From Microcoleaceae cyanobacterium (GTDB lineage Bacteria; Cyanobacteriota; Cyanobacteriia; Cyanobacteriales; Microcoleaceae): DNA of 49,109 nucleotides. A program made the position numbers and the translations under genes. The stretch spans positions 1-49,109 of the forward strand of contig JBOFUV010000017.1 of assembly GCA_051652765.1 (NCBI GenBank). The letters are read 5' to 3'. The notes below the pieces were generated by a model. The model was given only the letters and a program-made list of their open reading frames with translations, ran no database searches and was not told the origin of the DNA. Positions 10,968 to 21,208 of the stretch are shown in pieces; the stretch's first letter is position 1; every line of letters starts with the position of its first letter.

Positions 10968-12221
10968 CTAGGGATTCTTGGGATTGACTTGAATAACGGT
11001 AGAGTTTGCTTCTGTCGTCAACGTGTTTAAATGGCGATTCATCTGATTGAGATATTCTTCTAACATCGGGTAGGAGTCTGCCGACAGCAGTTCATCCTTG
11101 CGTTCCGTTACTACTTGTTCTAGGGGAAGAATCCGAAATTGATATTTTCCTTGGGAGGTAAACCGATGTACCCAAGTGGGAATGCCCTCAACTGCTGTAA
11201 TTTCAACTGTTTCATCTGGGAAATCTTTCCGGAGTTGAACTTTGAAAATAACGCCTAAGTCTCTGTATGTTTCCCGCTGATTTGAGATAAAGTTTCCCAT
11301 GGAATAAATTGCAACGGCTTTTCTTTTGGTGCCATCTGGATCGGTTTGTTCAAAAATCTCATAGGGTTGAACCACATGGGGATGGCTGCCAAGAATGATA
11401 TCGGCTCCGGCATTGACTAGATTTTTAACCAGTGTTGTTTGTTGAGGGTTCGGTTGTCGTTCGTATTCAGTGCCAAAGTGCAAGGCGACAGTCACAATAT
11501 CGGCTCCCAACGTTTGAGCTTTAGCAATATCTTGAATCATCTTGGGTTCGTTGATGAGAGACACAAGATAATCTTTGCCCTTGGGGATGGGGATACCATT
11601 GGTGCCATAGGTATAGGCTAGGATTGCCATTTTAATCCCATTTTTTTCCAGGATTAAAATTTCTTGTGCTTCGGTCGGGGAAGTGGCCGTTCCAACGGGT
11701 TCTAGCCCTCGACTTCGAAGGTTTTCTAGGGTCTTCAGAACACCTTTTTCGCCCCGATCTAGGGAGTGATTATTGGCTGTTGTCAAAACATTAAATCCAG
11801 CTGTTTTAATCGCATCGGCTAGAGCCGCAGGAGCATTAAACATTGGATAACCCGTGTACTTTTCCTCTGGCCCTGCCAAGGGAGTTTCTAGATTGCCAAT
11901 CACCCAATTCCCGGTCTGCAAAATGGCTTGAACTTCAGTAAAAAAGGGGTGATAGCTATAGTCTTTCGTTTCGGGATTATAGCCTGATTTGATTTGGGAG
12001 CCATGCATCATGATGTCTCCGACTGCAAGCAGCGTTGCTTCTTGAGAGTAGGGTTGGGGGGGAGGAGGTGGCTGCACCGCCAACTTTGAGCTTGCAGATT
12101 GATTGGGGTTGACTTGAGTCCCTTGATTGCACCCATAAACCAGTGCGAAACCCATCAGAATTCCCAGCCCAATCATCTTCTGGATTGATATCCTGCGCTG
12201 GTTTTGGGTTCGTCTTGCCAT
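10968..12221 (-). CDS. CapA (PGA_cap) family metallophosphoesterase-like lipoprotein
   Basis: AVGDIM, GNLETP, TANNHSLD, HFGTEY, GSHPHV, YSMGNF; lipobox-like LVYGC. Confidence 0.9.
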   Translation of the reverse strand: MARRTQNQRRISIQKMIGLGILMGFALVYGCNQGTQVNPNQSASSKLAVQPPPPPQPYSQEATLLAVGDIMMHGSQIKSGYNPETKDYSYHPFFTEVQAILQTGNWVIGNLETPLAGPEEKYTGYPMFNAPAALADAIKTAGFNVLTTANNHSLDRGEKGVLKTLENLRSRGLEPVGTATSPTEAQEILILEKNGIKMAILAYTYGTNGIPIPKGKDYLVSLINEPKMIQDIAKAQTLGADIVTVALHFGTEYERQPNPQQTTLVKNLVNAGADIILGSHPHVVQPYEIFEQTDPDGTKRKAVAIYSMGNFISNQRETYRDLGVIFKVQLRKDFPDETVEITAVEGIPTWVHRFTSQGKYQFRILPLEQVVTERKDELLSADSYPMLEEYLNQMNRHLNTLTTEANSTVIQVNPKNP

Positions 12222-12298
12222 CTATTTCACTCCTTATTGATCCACATCAGCAATGAATTAAAGCTTGAAACTGACTCTAGAGATTAACATACAGCATT

Positions 12299-12416
12299 TT
12301 GCAAAACTAAACTTTGCAAAACTAAACCTTGCAAAACTAAACCTTGCAAAACTAAACCTTGCAAAACTAAATTTTGTAAACCTAAACCTTGCAGAACTAA
12401 ACCTTGCAGAACTAAC
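12299..12416. repeat. Tandem 15-bp repeat, about 8 copies (TTGCAAAACTAAACC)
   Basis: Units start at 12299, 12314, 12329, 12344, 12359, 12374, 12389, 12404. Confidence 0.95.
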
Positions 12417-12742
12417 GAGTACTGGAATCGCAGCGGGCAAAATAGTTCCTGAGTATTTTAGATGAAGATCAAATTACACCTAAATTCAACGTTTAGTGCC
12501 GATGGTGCAGGAAGCGCGGTGCAAAAAGCATATGATGATTTTAAGCAGATCTCTCAAAAAATTGCTGATCGCATTCCACTAACCTGGTCTGAAGGACGGC
12601 AACAGCAGTTTTCAATCAGTGAGGGACATCTCAGTTCCTCAGGTTCCCTTAAAAAAGGAAATCTGAGGGGAACTTAGGGGAATTGCTTCATATCGCATCC
12701 AAACAAAAACGGCTGCATGTTTAATTAATTAATATGTAAGTA

Positions 12743-13627
12743 ATGAAATCCAGTTTAAAGGTCGTAATTCTTTGTTTTATTTGTCTTATTTTTCTGAGTA
12801 GAAATTCCGCTCAAGCCGGACAGCTTTCAGATCGGGTTGAAAACTTTCCAAACTGGCAGAATAAACCGTCTACTAAAGCTGCTCAAGGAGACTTGGTTTA
12901 TCCAACCTGGATGGCAGGAGAATGGCAAGTGACTAGTACTTTAGTTGAGATGGTAGCTCCTTTGGCCCCAGAAATTGTGACACCAGGATTTGAAAGTAAT
13001 CGTCAATATCTAAATCAACCGATTCAATTTAAGGTGCGATTTCAGCCAACTGATCAAGCACTCACTTCAAATCCTTTAACACTCAATCCTTCACCTGTAA
13101 AATCTCTAACTCCTCCAATCCAAGTGCCAATTCAAGCTAAGCGGCAGAATTCAAGCCAGAGTTCAACTGCAATTGTCTCAGATCGGGCGTTCAATGGCTT
13201 GAACATTGCGATCGCAACCCTAGGAAAAGATGCAATTCAGTCTGTAAAAGTCGATCCCAAGAATCCTAATCGTCAAATCACACTATTGAAAGGGTATGAA
13301 TTTTCAGATCGCCAACTGATTTCTACCGTTACAGAACGTGAACGTGAAATGCCAAATTCAAATGAATTTATTGCAACTGAAATTGTTCAGCAAGTTTTCC
13401 GAGGAGAGTCTTCAATTTATTTAAATGAAGTTGAAATCACAACCTCCTATCAAGCCAATTTTATGCCAGAAGAACCTAGGGAACATCCTGAGTTGATTAC
13501 TGCTGATCAAATTACTGCAATTTACTTATCTCCCCAAGATCCCAATTACTTCAAGGCTCTCGGCCATCCGGTGGCATTATATCGCTATCAGCTTCAACTT
13601 CTTCCCGTTATGGCAACTTTCAAATAA
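12743..13627 (+). CDS. Conserved cyanobacterial exported hypothetical protein
   Basis: Signal peptide; GDLVYP.WM.G.W.V.S.L, DRAFN, YLSPQDP.YF blocks. Confidence 0.75.
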   Translation: MKSSLKVVILCFICLIFLSRNSAQAGQLSDRVENFPNWQNKPSTKAAQGDLVYPTWMAGEWQVTSTLVEMVAPLAPEIVTPGFESNRQYLNQPIQFKVRFQPTDQALTSNPLTLNPSPVKSLTPPIQVPIQAKRQNSSQSSTAIVSDRAFNGLNIAIATLGKDAIQSVKVDPKNPNRQITLLKGYEFSDRQLISTVTEREREMPNSNEFIATEIVQQVFRGESSIYLNEVEITTSYQANFMPEEPREHPELITADQITAIYLSPQDPNYFKALGHPVALYRYQLQLLPVMATFK

Positions 13628-13650
13628 CAGGTTCAGATTAGACTTTCAGG

Positions 13651-15096
13651 CTAATTTCCTTGAGGCTTTTTTAGATCCAAAGATTTGGTTGCAAAACCAC
13701 AATGAGCAACTGAATTGATCGCTTGATACCCAGCAAGAGCCTGCTCACATTCGGCTTTGGTTTCAAACCAGTCTAGATAAACTTTATAGGATTTATATGA
13801 AGCCAGGTTCACATAGTTGGGTTGCCAGAAGAATCCAGCATTGGGATGGCCTTTTTTGACCAGTTCTTGTTGCTTTTGTTCGGCTTTATTGGGATCATTA
13901 AAGGCAGAATCAGCAATAAAATAGAATGACAGAGGTAGCTTGGTGGCTTGGATTTCCCAAGATGAAACTTCATTTTCAGTCTGGGATGAAGGCTGGCGCG
14001 TTAGAGTTAATCCCAATCCTACAATTGCCCCGGCTAATACTCCGGCTAACGCTGCTTTTTGCCATGATTTTAAACGAGATAAATTGAACCGAATCAGGGC
14101 ATTCTTCCGCCGATTTGGGCGCGATTTAGGCAGAATTAACGTTGAAGGCGGGAGAGATGCTTCTGTCGGGAGCATTGCGCTAGTGACAGTCTGCAACGCG
14201 ACCAACATCTCTTGAGCGCTGGAGAAGCGATCGCGCGGATGAAATTGAACCGTCTTGTTCAGCACTTGGGCAAAATCAGGGCTGATCCTGGAGACATGCT
14301 CTTGCCACAAAATTTCAGCCGTTTGGGGGTTGAGCTTCAATTCAGGGATGGCTTTTCCTGTGAGCAAATAAATTGCGGTGAGTCCTAAACTATACAAATC
14401 ACTGGAGTAAATCGGATGTCCCGCCGCCTGTTCAGCCGCCATAAATCCAGGGGTTCCGATCAGGATCGATTGGGTGACCTGTCCCTTGGAATCAATCATT
14501 GTGCCCATGGTTTCTTTGACTGCCCCAAAGTCAATCAGCACGGGTTCACCTTGGGGATAATGCAGAATAATATTGTCAGGCTTGATGTCTCGATGAATTA
14601 AACCTTGCTGGTGCACCCGATCCAGAATAGGCAAGATTTTGAGTAAGATTTCCCTGACTTCTGCTTCTTTTAATAATCCTCGAGTCTGAACTCGCTCCAT
14701 CAAGGTTTCCCCTTCAATCCACTCCTGCACCAGATAGAACTGTCCAGCGTCTTCAAAGTAGGCATATAGCCGAGGAATCTGAGCACAGGTCTCACCCAAC
14801 TTTTCTAAAATCGTCGCTTCTCTCTGAAATCGCTCTTGAATAATTGGGTAAATGTCTGAATCATTCTCCGCAGGTTTGAGCTGCTTAATCACACAACGAC
14901 GACGGGATGGCATCTGGGTATCTTCCGCCAAAAAGGTCTCCCCAAATCCACCGGAGCTAATGGCTGAAAGAATACGATACCGATTTTTCAACAGCTTGTC
15001 TGGAGCTTGAGAAGTAGAGTCGGGTGCTTGCATGGAACCATGGAGGTAGAGCTTGTGTCTATTATCCCTCACTCGCTCTCTATTCTCTGGGGGCAA
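13651..15096 (-). CDS. Hanks-type Ser/Thr protein kinase with a TM helix (real start may be downstream)
   Basis: GGFGETF, VIKQL, HRDIKPDN, LIDFG, GTPGF, SDLYSLG. Confidence 0.93.
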   Translation of the reverse strand: MPPENRERVRDNRHKLYLHGSMQAPDSTSQAPDKLLKNRYRILSAISSGGFGETFLAEDTQMPSRRRCVIKQLKPAENDSDIYPIIQERFQREATILEKLGETCAQIPRLYAYFEDAGQFYLVQEWIEGETLMERVQTRGLLKEAEVREILLKILPILDRVHQQGLIHRDIKPDNIILHYPQGEPVLIDFGAVKETMGTMIDSKGQVTQSILIGTPGFMAAEQAAGHPIYSSDLYSLGLTAIYLLTGKAIPELKLNPQTAEILWQEHVSRISPDFAQVLNKTVQFHPRDRFSSAQEMLVALQTVTSAMLPTEASLPPSTLILPKSRPNRRKNALIRFNLSRLKSWQKAALAGVLAGAIVGLGLTLTRQPSSQTENEVSSWEIQATKLPLSFYFIADSAFNDPNKAEQKQQELVKKGHPNAGFFWQPNYVNLASYKSYKVYLDWFETKAECEQALAGYQAINSVAHCGFATKSLDLKKPQGN

Positions 15097-15760
15097 CTCG
15101 ACGGGATTCTGAGCGCGATCGCATCCAACGGCTCAACTCGATAAATGCATCCCGTCGCAGGCAGGGATACTCGCCAATCCAGAGGTTATGACTCGGAACA
15201 TACAAATCAGAAATCTGACCAATTTCGTTCAAGTCATCCAGGTAAGACATGACAATCAGTTGGGCGACCTGTCCGGGTTTAATCCGTTTGTGGGAACGAT
15301 CCAAAGGAGCCTGAACTTTTGCCCGAAAACCGCTTTCATCACCCACTTTAAGGTTGATCCGACGTTCTAAGTTTTCAATGATAATCAGTTCACCCTTTTT
15401 GTTGACCGATTCCTGCTCACTGGTGATATCTTCTGTGATAAACACCTCTAAAATTTTGCCCTGCCAAAACCCCGAATAGGGATGTTTGCGATAGCTACGA
15501 TTGCGCCGCCCAGCCGCTACAACAGGCCCCCACAGCCAATATAACAGGGCAACAATCACAAACAGCAGCAAAAAGGGGTGTAGCAGCGACCCACTGGGAA
15601 TAACTGCGTCAATTGCAATGACTCCAGCGGTACAAACAGCCGAAATTAGTAATCGCCTCAATACGTCCGAAAATTTCCCCCAAAAATACTTGTATTGCTC
15701 ACTGGTCGCTGAAGCAGGAATCAGCTCTTCGAATTTTTGACGGGTGATGGGAACTAACAT
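15080..15760 (-). CDS. Conserved cyanobacterial membrane protein
   Basis: Two TM helices; MLVP.TR.KFE.LIP and ERRINL.VGD.SGF blocks; follows dapB on the same strand. Confidence 0.75.
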   Translation of the reverse strand: MLVPITRQKFEELIPASATSEQYKYFWGKFSDVLRRLLISAVCTAGVIAIDAVIPSGSLLHPFLLLFVIVALLYWLWGPVVAAGRRNRSYRKHPYSGFWQGKILEVFITEDITSEQESVNKKGELIIIENLERRINLKVGDESGFRAKVQAPLDRSHKRIKPGQVAQLIVMSYLDDLNEIGQISDLYVPSHNLWIGEYPCLRRDAFIELSRWMRSRSESRRVAPRE

Positions 15761-15814
15761 GGGGCTTTAGCAATTCAGCGTTTATAAATCTGCAACTTTC
15801 ATAACGTCATACGT

Positions 15815-16645
15815 TCATAATATCTTCTCCAAACCGTAAATTAAGGTTTTGAGTTGTAGGACTTTGCGAATCGCCAGTAATACTCCCGGCATAAAACTGG
15901 CTCGATCCGTCGTGTCGTGACGCAGGGTATAGAGTTGACCAGGAGAACCAAACAAAACTTCTTGATGGGCGATCAAACCCGGTAGACGAACGCTATGAAT
16001 CCGAATGTGTTCGGCGACTTCTGCCCCCCTAGCCCCAGGGAATAGTTCTGTTTCTGCAACTTCAGGGAGATTGTAGGATTTACCCAGTTCAGCTAACATC
16101 TCTGCCGTTTTGAGGGCTGTTCCGCTGGGGGCATCCGCTTTTTGATTGTGGTGCAACTCGATAATTTCTACATGATCAAAGTAACGGGAAGCGGCAACGG
16201 CTGCTTGCTGCAATAGAATCACACCAATCGAAAAGTTGGGCACGACTAAACATCCAACACTGGCTTTTTCGGCAAATTCTGTTAGATCTTGAATCTGCTC
16301 CGAACTCAGTCCAGTTGTGCCAACCACCGGGCGAACGCCATAAGCAATCCCCGCCCGAACGCTCTCATAGATTGAACCTGGGTGGGTAAAGTCCACCATC
16401 ACAGGCAGTTGCTTTTCTTGGGCTGCCATCGCCAGGATTGACTCCCGATCATTGGTGACGAGAACTTCAAGAGCCTCGATCCCAGCCAGCACTCCTGCAT
16501 CTTGATGGAGAAATTCTGGATTGCGATCAATGGCTCCCAATACCGTCATGTCTGGAGCTGTGGCTACGGCCTTGACCACTTCACGGCCCATTTTTCCCCC
16601 TGCCCCATTCACAATCACCGGAATTGAATTCACCATACTCATCAA
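15815..16645 (-). CDS. dapB: 4-hydroxy-tetrahydrodipicolinate reductase
   Basis: [39 protein letters not shown]. Confidence 0.97.
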   Translation of the reverse strand: MMSMVNSIPVIVNGAGGKMGREVVKAVATAPDMTVLGAIDRNPEFLHQDAGVLAGIEALEVLVTNDRESILAMAAQEKQLPVMVDFTHPGSIYESVRAGIAYGVRPVVGTTGLSSEQIQDLTEFAEKASVGCLVVPNFSIGVILLQQAAVAASRYFDHVEIIELHHNQKADAPSGTALKTAEMLAELGKSYNLPEVAETELFPGARGAEVAEHIRIHSVRLPGLIAHQEVLFGSPGQLYTLRHDTTDRASFMPGVLLAIRKVLQLKTLIYGLEKIL

Positions 16646-16902
16646 CGTTTGCCTTGGGCTAATGATTCAGTCTAACAACTAACAATTTTTTCTTGGCCTT
16701 CAGCTCTCAGACTATCATTTAAAGAGAGAGGGTGCTCTTGAAATTAAGAACTTTTCCTGAACTTCATTCATTTAACTAGAAATCAAGAATCAGTTAGGCA
16801 TCTAGTTTTGGGTGACTTGGTTGCTTAGACCAAGTCTAGTGAATAGCTGCTTTTGACTGTTAGATTTTATACTGTCTCAATCCTTGATCTCTCAACTGAC
16901 TT

Positions 16903-19500
16903 GTGAACTTGAATTCTGTGAAACTTCGTTTCTCTCGATTTCGGATGCCCTTAAAGTGTTTGGCCCTCGGTCGAGGAATTTCTTCAGCCGGAGCGATCGC
17001 GGGTGTAGCCTCTACTTTACTGGTGCTAATGGTGCGCCAGCTTGGCGGACTGCAAACTTGGGAGTTAAAAGCGTTTGACCAAGGGGTACGGTTGCGACCC
17101 CACCGGGAACCTGATCCTCGAGTATTAGTAGTCGAAATTACTGAGGCAGATATTCAAGCCCTAGGTCGCTGGCCACTGTCAGATCAAACCTTAGCTGAGG
17201 TCTTCAAGGTACTGCAACAGCATCAACCTGCCGCGATCGGCTTAGACCTCTATCGAGATATTCCTCAAAACCCTGGGATTGATGAACTGACAACCCAATT
17301 GCAGCAAGATAATGTTGTTGTCATTACCAACATTGGAGAGCCTGGAGTTCCTCCGCCACCGGATATTCCGCCAGAACGGGTTGGGTTCAATGACGTGGTG
17401 CTTGATCCGGATAGTGTCATCCGTCGCCAGCTTTTGTTTGCCAGTGTTGAGACCCAAAACGGGCCAGAAACGTTGTTTGCTTTTTCGATGCAACTCGCAA
17501 CCGCCTACCTCAAAACCCAAGGCATCGAGGCGGAGAACCTGCCAGAAAATCCAGATGCAATCAAACTCGGTCAGGCAGTATTCCTGCCATTAAATCCCAA
17601 TGATGGGGGCTACCGGAATATTGACAATCGGGGATATCAAATTCTCCTCAACTATCGAGGGCTGCAACCTGCCCCAACCTTAACGGTGAGTCAAGTGTTG
17701 CAGGAAAAGTTTAATCCTAAATTGGTGCAAGGAAAAGTGGTGTTGATTGGACCTTCAGCAGATAGTGTGAAGGATACTTTTTTGACCCCCTACAGTCCTA
17801 ACACCCCAGAAGCGCTCATGCCGGGGGTCGTCATCCACGCCCAAATGGTCAGTCATTTGCTCAGCGTTGCCACCCAGGATATGGCAATCTCGAAAGTTGG
17901 CAGTCTGTCTCACCCATCATTCTTTCCAAAACCAAGGCCCTTTTGGTACTGGTCTGAAGGGGGGGAATGGCTTTGGATTGGGGGTTGGGCCATTGGTGGG
18001 GGCTCACTCATTTGGCGATCGCGTCAACTCATTCGCCAGAGTTTGGTATTAGGGGGCGGGGTGTTAATCTTGCTGGGGATCAGCTATACAGGCGTGTTGT
18101 TGTCTGGATGGATTCCGGTCATCGCTCCGCTGCTCGCATTTTTGCTGGCGGGAACGGGGATTATGGCTTACAAACAGGTACATTACACCTCCTATGATTC
18201 CCTGACTGGGTTGCCCAATCGAGCCTTATTTTTGCAAAAAGTTGAGCAGGCCATGACTCAAGCAAAACAGACGCAAACCTTCTGTGCAGTTTTATTGTTA
18301 AACATTGACCGCTTCAAGCTGGTGAATGAAGGTCTAGGTCACCAGGCTGGAGATTTGCTGTTGCTCAAAATTGCAAAACGACTCCAAGGGCATTTGCGAA
18401 CTAGGGATGTGATTGCCCGTTTGGGGGGAGATGAATTTGCCATCCTGATTGAAAGCTTAAAACAGCCTCAGAGCGCAATTGGAGTTGCAGAACGGATTCA
18501 TCAGTCTCTGACTGTACCCTTTCAAATTAAATCCCAGGACATCTTCCGCACCGTGAGTATGGGGATTGCCTTGAGTCAGTCTCCCGAAAGTAGGGCTGAG
18601 GAATTATTGAAAAATGCTAACACAGCCATGCAGTGGGCCAAGGCCCAGGGGCGAGGACGTTATCAGGTTTATGCCACGGGGATGTATTCAGACAGTCTCG
18701 AACACTTGCAGCTAGAAACCGATTTGCGCCTTGCCCTCCAACAACAAGAATTTGTCCTGCATTACCAACCCATTTTTTCCTTGGCAACAGAGACAATTAT
18801 TGGATTTGAAGCATTGGTGCGATGGCAACGTCCCAATCAAGGGTTACTCAAACCCGATCGGTTCATTGAGATTGCCAAAGAGACAGGACTGATTGTTCCG
18901 ATTGGTCAGTGGGCGATTCAAACCGCTTGTTATCAATTAAAACTCTGGCAAGAACAATTTCAAACTGAGCTTGAATTGCTGATGGGAGTCAACGTTTCCG
19001 GTCGCCAGTTTACCCAGGTTGATTTTGTAGAACAGCTTCACACCACTATTCAGGAGACGGGAATTGTATCTGGATCTTTAAAGCTGGAAATCACCGAAAG
19101 CGTAATGATGAAGGACGTAGGTGAAACGATTATTCTGCTGAAACAGTTAAAATCCTTGGGAGTTAAACTCAGTATTGATGACTTTGGTACGGGGTTTTCT
19201 TCCCTGAGTTTTCTCAGCCAATTTCCGGTAGATACCTTGAAGATTGATCAGATCTTTATCAGTCAAATGGAACCGGAGAGCCCAGGGGAAAGTGTGGCCG
19301 TTGTTGAGGCGATCATTGCCTTAGCCCATGCCCTACGCCTGAGTGTGGTTGCTGAAGGAGTAGAAACAAAGTACCAACTCGAACAACTGCGATCGCTGGG
19401 CTGTGAATTTGCCCAAGGGTACTACTTCCTCGAACCTGTTCCGGCTGCACAAGCTACGGAGTTTCTGGCCGCAACGTTGCATCACCATCAGCTCAATTGA
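16903..19500 (+). CDS. CHASE2-GGDEF-EAL protein
   Basis: CHASE2 (ITEADI..LGRWP, IGLDLYRD, MPGV.IHA), TM helices, ARLGGDEF, EALVRW, DDFGTG. Confidence 0.93.
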   Translation: MNLNSVKLRFSRFRMPLKCLALGRGISSAGAIAGVASTLLVLMVRQLGGLQTWELKAFDQGVRLRPHREPDPRVLVVEITEADIQALGRWPLSDQTLAEVFKVLQQHQPAAIGLDLYRDIPQNPGIDELTTQLQQDNVVVITNIGEPGVPPPPDIPPERVGFNDVVLDPDSVIRRQLLFASVETQNGPETLFAFSMQLATAYLKTQGIEAENLPENPDAIKLGQAVFLPLNPNDGGYRNIDNRGYQILLNYRGLQPAPTLTVSQVLQEKFNPKLVQGKVVLIGPSADSVKDTFLTPYSPNTPEALMPGVVIHAQMVSHLLSVATQDMAISKVGSLSHPSFFPKPRPFWYWSEGGEWLWIGGWAIGGGSLIWRSRQLIRQSLVLGGGVLILLGISYTGVLLSGWIPVIAPLLAFLLAGTGIMAYKQVHYTSYDSLTGLPNRALFLQKVEQAMTQAKQTQTFCAVLLLNIDRFKLVNEGLGHQAGDLLLLKIAKRLQGHLRTRDVIARLGGDEFAILIESLKQPQSAIGVAERIHQSLTVPFQIKSQDIFRTVSMGIALSQSPESRAEELLKNANTAMQWAKAQGRGRYQVYATGMYSDSLEHLQLETDLRLALQQQEFVLHYQPIFSLATETIIGFEALVRWQRPNQGLLKPDRFIEIAKETGLIVPIGQWAIQTACYQLKLWQEQFQTELELLMGVNVSGRQFTQVDFVEQLHTTIQETGIVSGSLKLEITESVMMKDVGETIILLKQLKSLGVKLSIDDFGTGFSSLSFLSQFPVDTLKIDQIFISQMEPESPGESVAVVEAIIALAHALRLSVVAEGVETKYQLEQLRSLGCEFAQGYYFLEPVPAAQATEFLAATLHHHQLN

Positions 19501-19594
19501 GGGTTAAATTAGGATGAGCTGTTACACTCGAAAAGGGGATCAAGCCTCCAGTGCGGAAACTTAAAGGTCGCTCTCAACTTTTAGGAATTGAACT

Positions 19595-21166
19595 GTGTCC
19601 AGCCTAGAACTTCGTGCCAAAAAAGCTTACCAAGTCGGAGCCAGATGGTTGGCTGCTGCTGCAATTTTAACGGGTGTTGGAGTGGGTGGCGTATTAGCTT
19701 ACAATTGGCTGCAAAATCGACCTGCCGAAGCGACTCAAGTGCAGTTTGTTCCGGTCACCTTAGGTAATATTGAAAACACGATTAGCGAAGGGGGAACTGT
19801 TGAACTGGGTGGACAACGAACGATTAAATCCCCTGAAGAAAGTGCAGTCGATCAGATCTTGGTGAAATTGGGCGATCGCATTCAGCAAAACCAAGTCCTG
19901 ATGACCCTACGCAACCCTGAACGGGAAACTATCCTGAAGAAAAAACAGCTCGAAATTCAAAAGCAAGAAATTGCTATTGAACGCAACCGTCAAAAAGTTC
20001 AAGAAGCAGCGGAAAACCTGGCGTTTATCCAGGCAAACTATGACGCTGATTTAGAAGATTATCGCCAAGAAGCGCAATCCAAGCAAACGGTTCAAGAATT
20101 AAGTATTCAACAGCTAGAAGTTCAGATTAAACGCAACCGCCAAAAAGTTGAAGAAGCCCAAGAAAATCTGGCTGCCGAGGAATTGGAATTAACGAACCAA
20201 AAAAATCTACTGGAGCGGGGATTTATTGCTCGTCAAGAAGTGGATAGGCAAGAACAAATCGTGCGAGAAAGCAAAGCGAGCTTGCGAGAAACGGACTATG
20301 AATTAAACAAATCTCTGTTGGACTTGGAAACCAAAAAAACCGAACTAATTGAGCTAGAGACTTCCGTGGATAGCAGTAAAGTGATGGAGGCAAAAAATAA
20401 TTTACGTCAGGCACAATCAGACTTACAACAAAGTCTGAGTGACCTAAAACGACTGCAAGTGGAGTATCAAGAAGAAGTCTTGAAACTGGAGAATAATGTA
20501 GTTACGTCATCCCTGAATGGGGTTGTGCTCAGCATTAAAGTCAAACCTGGAGATGGTGTTAAATTAGGGGATAATTTAATCACCTTCGGCGATCCCACTC
20601 AAGAACTGGTTCAGCTCCAACTCTCAACCTTGAATGCGGCTGAAGTTCAACCGAATCAACCTGCACAAATTAGTATTATTGGCCCCAACGCCAAAGTGTT
20701 CACCGGTCGAGTTCAGCAAATTGACCTTCAGGCGGGTACAGGCAGCGCCGCCCAAGATAACAATTCTGAACAAGCCATTGTACCCGCAACGGTCAAGCTG
20801 GATCAACCGACGGGAACCCTGATTCCAGGGAGCCCTGTGAGCGTTGAAATTGTGCTGGCTGAGCGCAAAAATGTTGTGGTGTTAGAGACAGAGTTAATTC
20901 AGCGGGATGGCAAATCTACTTATGTCTGGATTGTCGATGGAGAAAACAAAGCCCAAAAACAACCTGTTAAGCTTGGCTTGGAAGGCTTGCTGCAAGTTGA
21001 AGTGACTTCTGGTTTGAAGCCAAAAGATCGGGTGATTCAACCCTCTCCAGAGATCACCCTTGAGCCGGGAACCCTTGTTATTGAAAAGGAACAGACCGAT
21101 GAACCAAAAGGTGAAGACTCAAAAGATGGCGGCCAACGTCAAGGTCGGCGATCGCGCAAAAAATAG
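19595..21166 (+). CDS. Efflux membrane-fusion (periplasmic adaptor) protein, HlyD/MacA type
   Basis: N-terminal TM, lipoyl half-motifs (VKLGD.I, VKPGDGVK), long coiled coil, C-terminal V.LG...VEV.SGL. Confidence 0.88.
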   Translation: MSSLELRAKKAYQVGARWLAAAAILTGVGVGGVLAYNWLQNRPAEATQVQFVPVTLGNIENTISEGGTVELGGQRTIKSPEESAVDQILVKLGDRIQQNQVLMTLRNPERETILKKKQLEIQKQEIAIERNRQKVQEAAENLAFIQANYDADLEDYRQEAQSKQTVQELSIQQLEVQIKRNRQKVEEAQENLAAEELELTNQKNLLERGFIARQEVDRQEQIVRESKASLRETDYELNKSLLDLETKKTELIELETSVDSSKVMEAKNNLRQAQSDLQQSLSDLKRLQVEYQEEVLKLENNVVTSSLNGVVLSIKVKPGDGVKLGDNLITFGDPTQELVQLQLSTLNAAEVQPNQPAQISIIGPNAKVFTGRVQQIDLQAGTGSAAQDNNSEQAIVPATVKLDQPTGTLIPGSPVSVEIVLAERKNVVVLETELIQRDGKSTYVWIVDGENKAQKQPVKLGLEGLLQVEVTSGLKPKDRVIQPSPEITLEPGTLVIEKEQTDEPKGEDSKDGGQRQGRRSRKK

Positions 21167-21208
21167 CTAGAGCCCACGGGTCAAACTTAAAATGCTTACC
21201 GAGGCAGA

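Noticed and set aside
12258..12465. Pentapeptide-repeat protein ORFs on both strands
   Set aside because: Open frames arise from the stop-free 15-bp DNA repeat; near-identical DNA units argue against an old protein repeat
12462..12677. 71-aa ORF and imperfect hairpin at 12633-12674
   Set aside because: No family features; the hairpin is imperfect and cannot be assigned a role
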